Assembly (NCBI GenBank): GCA_964552045.1
Contig: CAZKFF010000001.1
Coordinates: 120 to 64,119, forward strand
Length of the DNA stretch: 64,000 nt
Direction of reading: 5' to 3'
DNA from: an uncultured Candidatus Saccharibacteria bacterium
GTDB taxonomy: Bacteria > Patescibacteriota > Minisyncoccia > Phycocordibacterales > UBA918
The translations under genes and the position numbers were made by a program. The notes under the pieces are model-generated. The model did no database searches, was not told the origin of the DNA, and saw nothing but the letters and a program-made list of their open reading frames with translations. Shown in pieces: positions 17,928 through 27,331 of this stretch. The number at the start of each line of letters is the position of its first letter. Positions within the stretch are counted from its first letter, which is position 1.

Positions 17928-18602
17928 ATGCGAATACTCGTGATCGAAGACAACGTGAAGCTTGCAGAGTCCATTAAGAAGGGCTTGGCTAAAAATGGCT
18001 ATGCCGCAGACTGTATTTATGACGGGCAGGAAGCGGCTGAGCAGTTGTTCATGAACAATCAGGATTATGACGCCGTCATTCTCGACCTCATGCTCCCCAA
18101 CCGCAGCGGGCTTGATATCTGCATGGCGGCACGTGAGCGCGGTATCAGCACTCCGATCATCGTATTGACGGCAAAAGACGAGAAGGCCGATTCCATCGTA
18201 CTTCTCAATGCCGGGGCAGACGATTACATGGTCAAGCCTTTCGCATTTGAAGAGCTTCTTGCCCGTATCCGCGCGGTGACGCGCCGTCCGAGCGAGGCGC
18301 TTCCGACAGAATTGAGCGTGCACGATGTCCGACTCAATGTGAACACGAGAAAGGTATTTGTCGGCAATGAAGAAGTGGCATTTACCCTGAAGGAGTTTGC
18401 AATACTCGAACTCTTCATGCGCAATCCAGACCGCGTGCTCACGCGCGAGTTCATTCTTGATCACGTGTGGGACTTCAATTTTAATTCATTAAGCAATGTG
18501 GTAGACGTTCATGTTAAGAATCTCAGACAAAAACTGGCAACTACTAAACAAGGAGATATCATTGAAACAGTTACCGGTGTGGGTTACCGCATCAAGGCGT
18601 AA
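17928..18602 (+). CDS. OmpR-family two-component response regulator
   Basis: Receiver MRILVIEDNVKL...LDLMLP plus a winged-helix C-terminus ending ...VTGVGYRIKA. Confidence 0.9.
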   Translation: MRILVIEDNVKLAESIKKGLAKNGYAADCIYDGQEAAEQLFMNNQDYDAVILDLMLPNRSGLDICMAARERGISTPIIVLTAKDEKADSIVLLNAGADDYMVKPFAFEELLARIRAVTRRPSEALPTELSVHDVRLNVNTRKVFVGNEEVAFTLKEFAILELFMRNPDRVLTREFILDHVWDFNFNSLSNVVDVHVKNLRQKLATTKQGDIIETVTGVGYRIKA

Positions 18603-19650
18603 CTATCAAAGTAACATCTTTACACGCACGTGGTGGAACATAGTCATATTCCACACTTTTTTCGTGCTCGTTATGGTCATCGTCTTCGGCTATGTGCTCT
18701 ACTACACAAAACTTAATTTGTTTTCGACCGTCAATAATATGCTCGACGTGATCATCCAGGGCGGGACCGTCGATGCCGCCTTGATCACCCGCACCTCGAG
18801 CGCGCTCGATCGGATCAATTTTCTCGTATTGTCCAGCATGGTGTTCTTTGCTGCAATAACCGGAGTCCTCGCAGCACACATCACACTTGTGCCGACGCGC
18901 AATGAGTTTGCCCAGCGCAAGAAATTCATTACTGCGGTGGCGCACGAGCTGCGTACTCCGCTTGCGGTCTTGCGGACGAGCAATGAGGTGGCACTGTATG
19001 ACGTATACGACACCGAGTCCGTGCGCAGTACGCTTGAAGAGAATATCGAAGAGACCAAGCATATGGCTAACATTCTCAACAATCTTGTCATCTTCAGCCG
19101 CGTGGAAACGGAGGAATCCCTGTCATTTGAACGGGTCGATCTCAATACCGTACTGCAATCCGTCGGGAAGAAACTGGAGAAATTCGCCGACAAACATGCG
19201 GTGACGCTCGCTATTGAACATTCAGAACTGCCGCTCATCTCTGCAAATCTTACCGCCATTGAGCAGATATTCTATAACCTCATCAAAAACGCGATCATTT
19301 ATTCAAAGCCGGAAGGAGGCACGGTGAACACCAAAGTGACCGCGACGGCAACACACGTCACCATAGCCATAACCGACAACGGTATTGGCATGTCGCAGAG
19401 GAACCTGAAACATATCTTCGAGCCCTTCTTCCGCATCAATCCGGACAGTTCCCCCTCGGCTGCCGGAACAGGACTCGGCCTCGCACTGGTGCTCGAGATC
19501 ATGAAGATCCACAAAGGAACGATCCAGGTGGAAAGCCAGGAAGGGATTGGTACGACCTTCACCCTGCAGTTTCCCCTTGCTGCGGCCACGCTCATCAATG
19601 AACCGCTCCCGCAGAGCGAGCGGTCTGTCACCTTCTCGTTTGAGAAATGA
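18511..19650 (+). CDS. two-component sensor histidine kinase
   Basis: H-box AVAHELRTPLAVL, DNGIGM and GTGLGLAL. The track start overlaps the regulator gene by 92 nt, and the only downstream Met (18673) would cut the first TM helix, so the true start is uncertain. Confidence 0.8.
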   Translation: MLRISDKNWQLLNKEISLKQLPVWVTASRRNYQSNIFTRTWWNIVIFHTFFVLVMVIVFGYVLYYTKLNLFSTVNNMLDVIIQGGTVDAALITRTSSALDRINFLVLSSMVFFAAITGVLAAHITLVPTRNEFAQRKKFITAVAHELRTPLAVLRTSNEVALYDVYDTESVRSTLEENIEETKHMANILNNLVIFSRVETEESLSFERVDLNTVLQSVGKKLEKFADKHAVTLAIEHSELPLISANLTAIEQIFYNLIKNAIIYSKPEGGTVNTKVTATATHVTIAITDNGIGMSQRNLKHIFEPFFRINPDSSPSAAGTGLGLALVLEIMKIHKGTIQVESQEGIGTTFTLQFPLAAATLINEPLPQSERSVTFSFEK

Positions 19651-19674
19651 GCTTCACGCTATGCTCATGCATAC

Positions 19675-20319
19675 ATGCGCATACTTACATGCATGCGCAT
19701 GTTCCAGTCATCTCTGTGGATCAAATACCTTATACTTACAACACTCATCGCCATCGGTGCGTATCAGCTCTTGCAACGGGATTGGCACTCGTTTCTAATG
19801 GTGAGCCAGGCATTTGTCTTCAGTCTCATCCCTACATTTCTACGGAAAGCATATGGTGTGCGCACGCCGCATATCCTGCAGGCAGGAGTCGCTATCTTTA
19901 TGTTTGCGACCATATTCCTCGGTGAAGTAGGCAATTTTTATGAGCGGTTCTGGTGGTGGGATCTCATCTGGCATACGCTCGCCGGGGTCGTGTGCGGTCT
20001 AATCGGCTACATCATCCTCATACTTACCTACCGCAGGCAGAATGTGCAGCTCAACCCCGTCTTCAGTTCCGTGTTCGCAGTTTCTTTCTCGCTTGCCCTG
20101 AGCACTTTCTGGGAAATAATAGAATTCGCCGTCGATCTTGCATTGAATACGAATATGCAACCAAGCGGAAGCGACACAATGTGGGATCTGATTGTGGGCC
20201 TTTTCGGAGCGCTTATAAGCGCAGCAGGTGGCTTCCGGTATCTCCAGTACAGCGAGCATATCGGAATGAACGCCATCATTGACGATGGCGTTCGTAGAAA
20301 TAAGCATCCGTATTGGTGA
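19675..20319 (+). CDS. polytopic inner-membrane protein, YjdF/DUF2238-like
   Basis: Six or seven TM segments. Recalled family motif YERFWWWDLIWHTLAG. Confidence 0.45.
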   Translation: MRILTCMRMFQSSLWIKYLILTTLIAIGAYQLLQRDWHSFLMVSQAFVFSLIPTFLRKAYGVRTPHILQAGVAIFMFATIFLGEVGNFYERFWWWDLIWHTLAGVVCGLIGYIILILTYRRQNVQLNPVFSSVFAVSFSLALSTFWEIIEFAVDLALNTNMQPSGSDTMWDLIVGLFGALISAAGGFRYLQYSEHIGMNAIIDDGVRRNKHPYW

Positions 20320-20324
20320 AGCCT

Positions 20325-20531
20325 TCAGGCGAGGCCGTATGCCTCCCGTACTGCCTTCCAGGCTGCGGTGACCGCGACTTCATTGAGCGTATGCTCGTCA
20401 TCATACGCACGGGAACGTTCGTGCTGCCTCCATACCCGGTCGTATGCTCTCGTGAATATTTTTCGTGCATGGGGCGCTGCAAGCAATGATTTGAATACCG
20501 ACTCAGGGAGCTCCTCTTGTGAATACAACAT
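20325..20531 (-). CDS. chaB: ChaB-family protein
   Basis: 69 aa from MLYSQEELPESV. The pattern ELPE..LP.HA..I....Y...W........AW.AV...Y matches the ChaB fold family; the track ORF is over-extended. Confidence 0.6.
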   Translation of the reverse strand: MLYSQEELPESVFKSLLAAPHARKIFTRAYDRVWRQHERSRAYDDEHTLNEVAVTAAWKAVREAYGLA

Positions 20532-20693
20532 AGAACAAAAATAACTTTTACCTACTAATGCAACTCTACGTTGCCTGTAGTGCAGGTAAGCATACACGGC
20601 CGTCATGAAGAAAACATGAACAGGTCGCACATCATTTTCTTTTCATGTTTGCTGCATATAATCGGTATTATGAGCCGTCTAACCTCTCTGCAT

Positions 20694-21203
20694 ATGGAAA
20701 ATCTATCCGCGGTGTATCTCTTTATGATCAACAATATGTGGGACATTGAAAATCAGCTTGTCCTGCAGTTGCCGAAGCTGAGTGCTCTTTGTACCAACCC
20801 AGAGCTGCATCAGACGCTTCAAGATCACGCACAACAGACGCAGGATCATAAAATGCGTCTGGAGGAGCTGCTGCAGCACCACCTGCAGCAGCTCTCCTAC
20901 GAGCAGGACAGCGCCTTTGAAGCCTTCCTTCAGAATGCCGCATCCACTGTTGCGCTTATTTCAGACAACAATGTGAAAGATGCATATGTTCTGGCATCTG
21001 CATCGACCATTGAGCATATTGAAATATCGCGCTATGAAACACTGCTGGAATGGGCAAAGCTTTTAAATGACGAACTCGGCATTGAGCTACTGAGGCGCAC
21101 CCTTGAGGAAGAAGCGGCAGCGCAAGCGAACATATCCTCGCTCGCTGTAGGTACGGTTTTTAAGCTCGGTCTTGATGAAAAAGCCGCTGAAAGCGGCAAG
21201 TGA
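20694..21203 (+). CDS. DUF892 (YciE/YciF-like) ferritin-like stress protein
   Basis: From MENLSAVYLFMINNMWDIENQLVLQLPKLSALCTNPELHQTLQDHAQQTQDHKMRLEEL, matching the DUF892 N-terminal consensus. The track start is upstream in a likely non-coding leader. Confidence 0.7.
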   Translation: MENLSAVYLFMINNMWDIENQLVLQLPKLSALCTNPELHQTLQDHAQQTQDHKMRLEELLQHHLQQLSYEQDSAFEAFLQNAASTVALISDNNVKDAYVLASASTIEHIEISRYETLLEWAKLLNDELGIELLRRTLEEEAAAQANISSLAVGTVFKLGLDEKAAESGK

Positions 21204-21379
21204 ACGGTCATATACAGAACCGGAGCAATAGCGTTGTGGCCTGTGTGATTCCGATGCGTGGCGTTACTGTGATATGCGCTTGTTCCACAGCAAGATCACT
21301 TTCTCGATGAGGGTCCGAACGACATCCTGCGTGGGGCGGTCGAAGAAAGTGCGAGCAAAGGGAGTGAAATGACGAGCCA

Positions 21380-22126
21380 TCACTGCAGCGGAGCAAAAAT
21401 CATCGTGCCGTTGTCCCTGTTGAGGTTCAACCGTAAGAGATCTTCATCAATGACGAATGAATCAGTGAGCATAAGGTCATTCGTATATGCGGTCTCCAGA
21501 GAGCCCTCACAGTACATTTTCGTTGCGATAGCAGGACTCAGGCTCAACACCTCTTTGTCAACCACGAACGTACCGGACAGCGCATTACAGTCAGTTGAAC
21601 TTGTATACTGCTCTGTCGGCAGAAATGACAGCACAAACGACTCTCCATCCGGTTTTACCGTACTGCCGTCGGCTTTCTCTGTGCGCTGCCAGACCCAGGC
21701 ATTTCCCAGGAGAGGACTCTCCACCTTCTGTGCCTTACCCGTAACCTCCAATGAGTCAGTTACGGAAAAAATACCCTGTATTGGATACTTCTCCCAATAA
21801 TCAGTGCTGAGATCTTCGATAGGTGTCATAACACCCGATGCGCTGATCATATCCCCTGCAACCAGAGCGGGCGCAGGTACCGAAAGCAGTCCAAGGTCAA
21901 GCGCATAATATGCTCCGTTGATATTCCTGATGCCAGCTGCGCAGTCAGCGGTCGGTTGCTCCATGTGATCTGTCGTCGGAAGACACAGGTATTCACCTTC
22001 CATGCTCACCGATTCTTTATTCGGCGCATCAGCCTGCTTTTCCTGATAGATGTAGCTGTTGAGCCAAAAGAACGCGAGTACAAGGAGCATGAAGATCCCA
22101 CCGACTCCCAGTGCAATTTTTTTCAT
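21380..22126 (-). CDS. membrane-anchored META/HslJ-like domain protein
   Basis: N-terminal TM segment. C-terminal CNALSGTFVVD...MYCEGSLETAYTNDLMLTDSFVIDEDLLRLNLNRDNGTMIF matches the META/DUF306 pattern. Confidence 0.55.
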   Translation of the reverse strand: MKKIALGVGGIFMLLVLAFFWLNSYIYQEKQADAPNKESVSMEGEYLCLPTTDHMEQPTADCAAGIRNINGAYYALDLGLLSVPAPALVAGDMISASGVMTPIEDLSTDYWEKYPIQGIFSVTDSLEVTGKAQKVESPLLGNAWVWQRTEKADGSTVKPDGESFVLSFLPTEQYTSSTDCNALSGTFVVDKEVLSLSPAIATKMYCEGSLETAYTNDLMLTDSFVIDEDLLRLNLNRDNGTMIFAPLQ

Positions 22127-22264
22127 GCCTGCAGTATATCATTTTTGAGTAACGTGTCCTGCTGTCTCCTAAAGCGTATCAGCCTTCAAAAACAAGTGGA
22201 CGTGTACAACGCCTAAAAATAGAGTATAGTCGGTGCGGGTAATAGCAACAGGCGGGGAATACAC

Positions 22265-22723
22265 ATGGCGTATACACGCGATCACGGCGCGCTCGCGCTC
22301 CGGTACCTTATGGTGCGGAGCAAAGATGGACTGACCCACTATGAAAAATTGCACGGGGCGCTTTTCTTTCAGGAAAACTTCTCTACTTTCCTGCAACACG
22401 GCAGAGAGTGCCACCGGTGCGCGTGCGAAGCGCATGTGCCCTACTTCAGTGTTCTGCTCGCCTTCCGCCTGTACGGCGGCATTACAAGCGAACCTGACGA
22501 TCTTTTTTTATGGATGTGCTACATCTATGTGCTGTATATCATGGAGCAGGATGTGTTCGACATCGGTCAAGCGGGCTACTCGCGCATGCAGTACTATGCG
22601 TCGGAGCTTGGCGTGCGCGAAGAGGACATGCTCATCTTCTACCGGGAGCTCGCTGACGATCTTTGGGAACTCCGTTTGGAGAAACTTGTCGGTTTGCCGG
22701 TGCGCGTGAAGCTCGCATCGTAA
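22265..22723 (+). CDS. hypothetical protein
   Basis: 152-aa ORF ending at a bidirectional terminator. Confidence 0.4.
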   Translation: MAYTRDHGALALRYLMVRSKDGLTHYEKLHGALFFQENFSTFLQHGRECHRCACEAHVPYFSVLLAFRLYGGITSEPDDLFLWMCYIYVLYIMEQDVFDIGQAGYSRMQYYASELGVREEDMLIFYRELADDLWELRLEKLVGLPVRVKLAS

Positions 22724-22727
22724 GACC

Positions 22728-22765
22728 TGCAAAAAGGCGCCGCAAACTGCGGCGCCTTTATCAGT
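22728..22765. terminator. bidirectional terminator hairpin (aggcgccgcaaactgcggcgcct) between convergent genes
   Basis: 10-bp GC-rich stem flanked by A-run and T-run sequence on either side. Confidence 0.6.
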
Positions 22766-22769
22766 TATT

Positions 22770-23987
22770 TTAATCTATGAGCTTCCACAGGCCCGAATCC
22801 TCTTCTCCGTCGATTTTGAAGATCGCAACGCCCCGGAGCCCATATTCCTCTGCAAGCGCCATCTTCTCCTCTATGGCACCGTCATCACTGTAGCCCACGT
22901 ATCGCACCGGCACGGTCATCCCGGTTGCGTTCGCAAACAGCAGCGCTTTTGCTGCAGCCTCATTGCCCTGCCGTGTTCCCTCCGGAGTCGGCAACGCGTT
23001 GAGCACCTTGTAAATCGACGACTCAGGGAAATACGTGTAGCTGAGCTCCCCCGCTTTATTGCGTCCTGGTTCGACGTCATATTCCTCAGCGATATCAAGA
23101 ATGTCAGGGATATTCAGTGCGCCGATGCGCTTGTAATTGCTATACCAATTGGGCGCAACAGCAATTTCGTAATGATACCCGTATGTCGGAATCCCAAGCA
23201 GTATCTTGTCCTCAGGAATGTCCTCAAGCGCAAGCTTGATGACCTTCTCCACCCAGTCAGCGTCCGATACCGGGAAGTACGGTTCGCCTGACTTAGACTC
23301 ATTGAGGTGCAGGTCAGCACGCTGCTGATCGTACGCCATGATCTCAACCCGATCGCAGTATTCCCCGATCGCTTCATAGTCATTGGCATACTCTAAAACC
23401 TCGGGTACATTCGTATAGAGCGAGGACGGCGGCGTGCGAGCCTCTACGGTACACGTGAGCATCTTATCCTCATCCTCGAGCTCGTCCTTCAACTCCTTTA
23501 GGAATTGTGAGAAGTGGTCTTTTGTGGAGGAGAGCTTCTCCTCATAGTCGATATCAATGCCGTCAAAGTCGTGCTCCTCCACCTCATCCATGATCGCATC
23601 AATGTGCTTTTTGCGGAGGCTCTTATAGCTTAAGTTCGCGTGCACGCTGCCGCCGTCGCTTGTCATGACCGTCGGAATTACCTCCACGTGGTTCTTGCGG
23701 GCAAGCTTGATGAATTTCCTCCATTCGCTGTCGGAAAGCCCTGCCAAGTCCTTGATGCTGCCGTCGCTTTGGAGAGTGTATGCAAACGGGAATACCATGT
23801 CGAGATCATCAATGTGCTTCGTCGCATCCTTGACCCCTTTGGAGTCAGCCCAGTATGGGATCCAACCGGAAACCTCGAGATCCTCATACTCGGCGGCAAA
23901 CGCAAAGATGGGGAATGAGTTGAAGATGATAAGCAATCCGATTGCGGTTACGAGCGCGTGAAATAACAAACGTTTAACTAAAGTCAT
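22770..23987 (-). CDS. secreted glycoside hydrolase family 18 (chitinase-like) protein
   Basis: GH18 catalytic motif FDGIDIDYE. N-terminal signal/TM segment. Confidence 0.8.
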   Translation of the reverse strand: MTLVKRLLFHALVTAIGLLIIFNSFPIFAFAAEYEDLEVSGWIPYWADSKGVKDATKHIDDLDMVFPFAYTLQSDGSIKDLAGLSDSEWRKFIKLARKNHVEVIPTVMTSDGGSVHANLSYKSLRKKHIDAIMDEVEEHDFDGIDIDYEEKLSSTKDHFSQFLKELKDELEDEDKMLTCTVEARTPPSSLYTNVPEVLEYANDYEAIGEYCDRVEIMAYDQQRADLHLNESKSGEPYFPVSDADWVEKVIKLALEDIPEDKILLGIPTYGYHYEIAVAPNWYSNYKRIGALNIPDILDIAEEYDVEPGRNKAGELSYTYFPESSIYKVLNALPTPEGTRQGNEAAAKALLFANATGMTVPVRYVGYSDDGAIEEKMALAEEYGLRGVAIFKIDGEEDSGLWKLID

Positions 23988-24074
23988 ATATACAAATATG
24001 ACGCCTTGAACTACAATCTCTTACACAGCAACGCGCGCTGTTCTGTTGCGTAGTGCGCAACGTGATGCATACCT

Positions 24075-24674
24075 ATGAAATTCTCTGAAAACACAAAATA
24101 CATGGCTGCCACGATCGGCCTTCTGCTGCTCTGCGCAGCCTATGGACTCTATCACTATGGGGATACGCTCAGAGAGCGGTTCTTCCCTGTTGCTACACAG
24201 GCAGTGCATGTCCATGCCGATTTTTCTTTTTATATACTCGGAGAGAGGGTCGATCTCACCGCAGAGAAGTACCAGTCGAGCGCAGAAAGTGTGAAGCATC
24301 CTGATGTACATTTCCACGACGGAGTCGATACGCTGATCCACCGGCATGCGGACGGCACCACGCTCGGCACATTCATGGCGTCGCTCGGGTTTACGCTGAC
24401 CGATTCGTGTGTCACTACGGACACGGGAGCGGAATACTGCACCGACGATACCAATGCGCTGCTATTGTTTGTAAATGGCATGGTTGCTGATAGTCCTTCA
24501 ACGTATATTACCCAGGAGGAAGATCGTCTCCTTTTGTATTACGGCGATCCTCAGTCGGCCGATATACGCCGGCTCCAGGCAGAGATCACTGATGAAGCGT
24601 GCATATACTCCGGAAACTGTCCCGAGCGTGGAGAGCCTCCGTTTGAGACCTGCGGTTTAACGTGTGAGATATGA
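24075..24674 (+). CDS. membrane-anchored hypothetical protein
   Basis: N-terminal TM segment. His/Asp-rich with C-terminal cysteines. Its stop overlaps the start of the next gene (ATGA). Confidence 0.45.
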   Translation: MKFSENTKYMAATIGLLLLCAAYGLYHYGDTLRERFFPVATQAVHVHADFSFYILGERVDLTAEKYQSSAESVKHPDVHFHDGVDTLIHRHADGTTLGTFMASLGFTLTDSCVTTDTGAEYCTDDTNALLLFVNGMVADSPSTYITQEEDRLLLYYGDPQSADIRRLQAEITDEACIYSGNCPERGEPPFETCGLTCEI

Positions 24675-25003
24675 ATCCTGTGCAGGGTAGTTTCAGCAGC
24701 AGAGTGTGGGAGCTGGCACTGTCCATTCCCGAAGGCCGCGTCACCACATACGGCGCACTTGCCAGAGCTGCAGGTGGCACTGGTATGGCAGCACGCAGCA
24801 TAACGAGCATACTCTCAAAATCGCCGAATGTTCGCGCTATTCCCTTCCACCGCATAGTCTACGCAAACGGCAGGGTCTGGCTCGACCCCGCGCATGAAAA
24901 AAATCGCCGCGCTTTGTACAAGAAAGAGCGTATACTCGTCGATGCAAATGGACGCATCACAAATTTTGATGAGGTTTTCTATGATTGCCGTGAGCAATTT
25001 TGA
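24671..25003 (+). CDS. MGMT-family alkyltransferase-like protein lacking the active-site Cys (Atl/YbaZ-like)
   Basis: DNA-binding wing TTYGALARAAGG...AARSI. IPFHRIV stands where Ogt has PCHRVV, so the cysteine is absent. Confidence 0.55.
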   Translation: MNPVQGSFSSRVWELALSIPEGRVTTYGALARAAGGTGMAARSITSILSKSPNVRAIPFHRIVYANGRVWLDPAHEKNRRALYKKERILVDANGRITNFDEVFYDCREQF

Positions 25004-25147
25004 CAGTATATGAAGTGTGTGTTATGTTGTACGCAACTTAAGAAACTCGTGTGGGGCTCTTGAGATGCAGACGGACCAGTCTTGGCGTTTGATTTATTTA
25101 CCTGCACAGCCCAAGCCGTTTTCGGCTTTAACACAAACCTAAACCCA

Positions 25148-26479
25148 ATGAATACAACATATAACCGACAGGGTCGGAGCGGCAATTCGAGCTCACATCC
25201 CCGTCAAACAGGCGCACGCGGCGGGCATTCCCGCTCTTTTAGTCATACACGCCCCTCACATGCACCCTCACATCACAGATCATCACGACCAAAGAGAACG
25301 TTTCATGGCGGTTCGAGCCGCTCCTGGAGTTCGCACCGCGATAACAGCGACCGTCGTCGGGGAGGACGCAAAATGCCGACATTCGATCCCTCGCAGTTCA
25401 TCAACAAGAATCCGGTAGATCAGAAAGAGGTGGCATACGAAGCAAAGCATAAGTTCACCGATTTCGGGCTCGACAAGAAGTTCGCATATACCATCACCTC
25501 AGGCGGAATGACCGTTCCGACCCCCATCCAGGACCAGATCATTCCGATCATTCTTGATGGAAAAGACGTTATTGGTCTCGCTGAGACAGGAACCGGAAAG
25601 ACGGCTGCATTTCTGATCCCACTCATTCAGAAAACCCTCAAAGAATATGGCCGACAGACACTGATTCTTGCACCGACACGGGAACTCGCCATCCAGATCG
25701 AAGATGAGCTGCGCAAGCTTTCTTCTGGCTTCAAACTCTTCTCTACCATTTGTGTCGGAGGTACGAGTATCCGGCCGCAGATACAAGGATTGCGCAGGAA
25801 GAACCATTTCATCATCGGGACGCCAGGTCGCGTACTCGACCTTATCGAACGCGGTAATATTCGTCCGCAGCACATCCGTACGGTAGTCCTTGATGAAGCT
25901 GACCGAATGCTCGACATGGGGTTCATTCATGATATGCGTAAGATCCTTGAAGACATTCCCACCAATCACGAAACGCTTTTCTTTTCAGCGACCATGTCAA
26001 AAGAGATCGAAAAGCTTGTGCTTGACTTCCTTCATGAGCCGGTGACGGTATCGGTGAAGAAGAAAGACGTGACCAACAGCATACAGCAGGATGTCGTACG
26101 GTACGGAAACCACAACAAATTCGAAACGTTGGTCGAGCTTTTGAACAGTGATGAATGCAAGCGCGTGCTTATCTTCGGGGCGATGAAGCACAGCGTTGAG
26201 AAGCTCAGCAATGAACTGTCGCGCGCCGGCATCCGTTCGGAATCGATCCATGGCAACAAATCACATGGCCAACGCCAGACAGCGCTCAAGAAGTTCAAGA
26301 GCGGCAATGCAAAAGTGCTTGTGGCAACTGACGTTGCCGCGCGCGGCATCCACGTGGACGGGGTCACGCACGTCATCAATTATGACCTGCCGAATACCTT
26401 TGAGGATTATGTGCACCGCATCGGCCGCACTGGCCGCGGCAGTGCCAAAGGCAAGGCTCTGACATTTGTACAGGAATAA
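25148..26479 (+). CDS. DEAD-box ATP-dependent RNA helicase with an Arg/Ser/His-rich N-terminal extension
   Basis: Q-motif, AETGTGKT, DEAD (VLDEADRMLDMGF), SAT and HRIGRTGR. Start taken at MNTTYNRQ; the track ORF begins 22 codons earlier. Confidence 0.85.
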   Translation: MNTTYNRQGRSGNSSSHPRQTGARGGHSRSFSHTRPSHAPSHHRSSRPKRTFHGGSSRSWSSHRDNSDRRRGGRKMPTFDPSQFINKNPVDQKEVAYEAKHKFTDFGLDKKFAYTITSGGMTVPTPIQDQIIPIILDGKDVIGLAETGTGKTAAFLIPLIQKTLKEYGRQTLILAPTRELAIQIEDELRKLSSGFKLFSTICVGGTSIRPQIQGLRRKNHFIIGTPGRVLDLIERGNIRPQHIRTVVLDEADRMLDMGFIHDMRKILEDIPTNHETLFFSATMSKEIEKLVLDFLHEPVTVSVKKKDVTNSIQQDVVRYGNHNKFETLVELLNSDECKRVLIFGAMKHSVEKLSNELSRAGIRSESIHGNKSHGQRQTALKKFKSGNAKVLVATDVAARGIHVDGVTHVINYDLPNTFEDYVHRIGRTGRGSAKGKALTFVQE

Positions 26480-26667
26480 ACAAAAGCGCGAACCCGAAGG
26501 GGTCCGCGCTTTTGTAACAGAGCCATATGTTCTTTTCATCGTACTTTCATGGATCGGGTGTAAGAAATCCTGGGTTGATGCGTCTTAGCGCACGGGAGGA
26601 GGCAATTTGTTGCGTGTATGTGCAGCAGCCCACAGTAACTACATTCTCACAACAGGGTACCTCCTAT

Positions 26668-27033
26668 ATGAAAGTACATCGTGTTCTTCGTGCAGTCCTG
26701 CTTGCGACTGCAGTGTCTTTCGGCGTAACTGGTGTTGCGTCCGCCGCTGAGACCTGCAGAGCAAGCTGGTATGGCCCCGGCTTCAATGGCAATACCATGG
26801 CCAATGGAAACCGGTTCAACCAGAACGATGCGTCAGTGGTCGCCCACAAGACACTCCCGTTCGGCACAAAGGTCCGCATCACCAATCTCGACAACGGAAA
26901 GGCCATCATCGCCGTTGTACAAGATCGCGGGCCGTACCATAAGGGACGTTGCGTCGACGTCTCGAAGGCAGGGGGTGAGAAGCTTGGGCTCATCGGGCCC
27001 GGCACTGCGCGTGTACGCGTGCAAACACTCTAG
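26668..27033 (+). CDS. RlpA-like double-psi beta-barrel (DPBB) domain secreted protein
   Basis: Signal peptide MKVHRVLRAVLLATAVSFGVTGVASA, then ETCRASWYGPGFNGNTMANG...HKTLPFGTKVRITN, matching the RlpA/expansin-like DPBB pattern. Confidence 0.65.
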   Translation: MKVHRVLRAVLLATAVSFGVTGVASAAETCRASWYGPGFNGNTMANGNRFNQNDASVVAHKTLPFGTKVRITNLDNGKAIIAVVQDRGPYHKGRCVDVSKAGGEKLGLIGPGTARVRVQTL

Positions 27034-27073
27034 CCGCACCGCTCAAGGGTATTTGTGACCATTGAGCAACCAT

Positions 27074-27107
27074 CCAGGGCTTCCTGCGCATGCGCAGGAA
27101 GCCCTTT
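27074..27107 (+). terminator. rho-independent terminator (gggcttcctgcgc-at-gcgcaggaagccc, then ttttcc)
   Basis: Perfect 13-bp palindrome followed by a T-run. Confidence 0.7.
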
Positions 27108-27137
27108 TCCATAGAATGCTTGGTATACTTCAGGTAT

Positions 27138-27206
27138 ATGAAAGCGATCATCGGAGCTATTCTGCTGTTTGTCTGCCTTTTGCTGCTCAACGCATTCTTC
27201 TCTTAA
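27138..27206 (+). CDS. possible 22-aa hydrophobic micropeptide (MKAIIGAILLFVCLLLLNAFFS)
   Basis: ATG preceded by a tatact -10-like box and a weak aggt. The product is entirely hydrophobic. Lies between two terminators. Speculative. Confidence 0.2.
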   Translation: MKAIIGAILLFVCLLLLNAFFS

Positions 27207-27331
27207 TTGACAAAGCAGCTTTATATTGTAAAGTTGGCCTGGAATTCCTGTCCGTATGGACAGGTCGCTGGCGCGCCAGTAGGAGGGTACCGCTTCTGCC
27301 CTGGATAAGAAGCCGCATGAGGATATGCACC

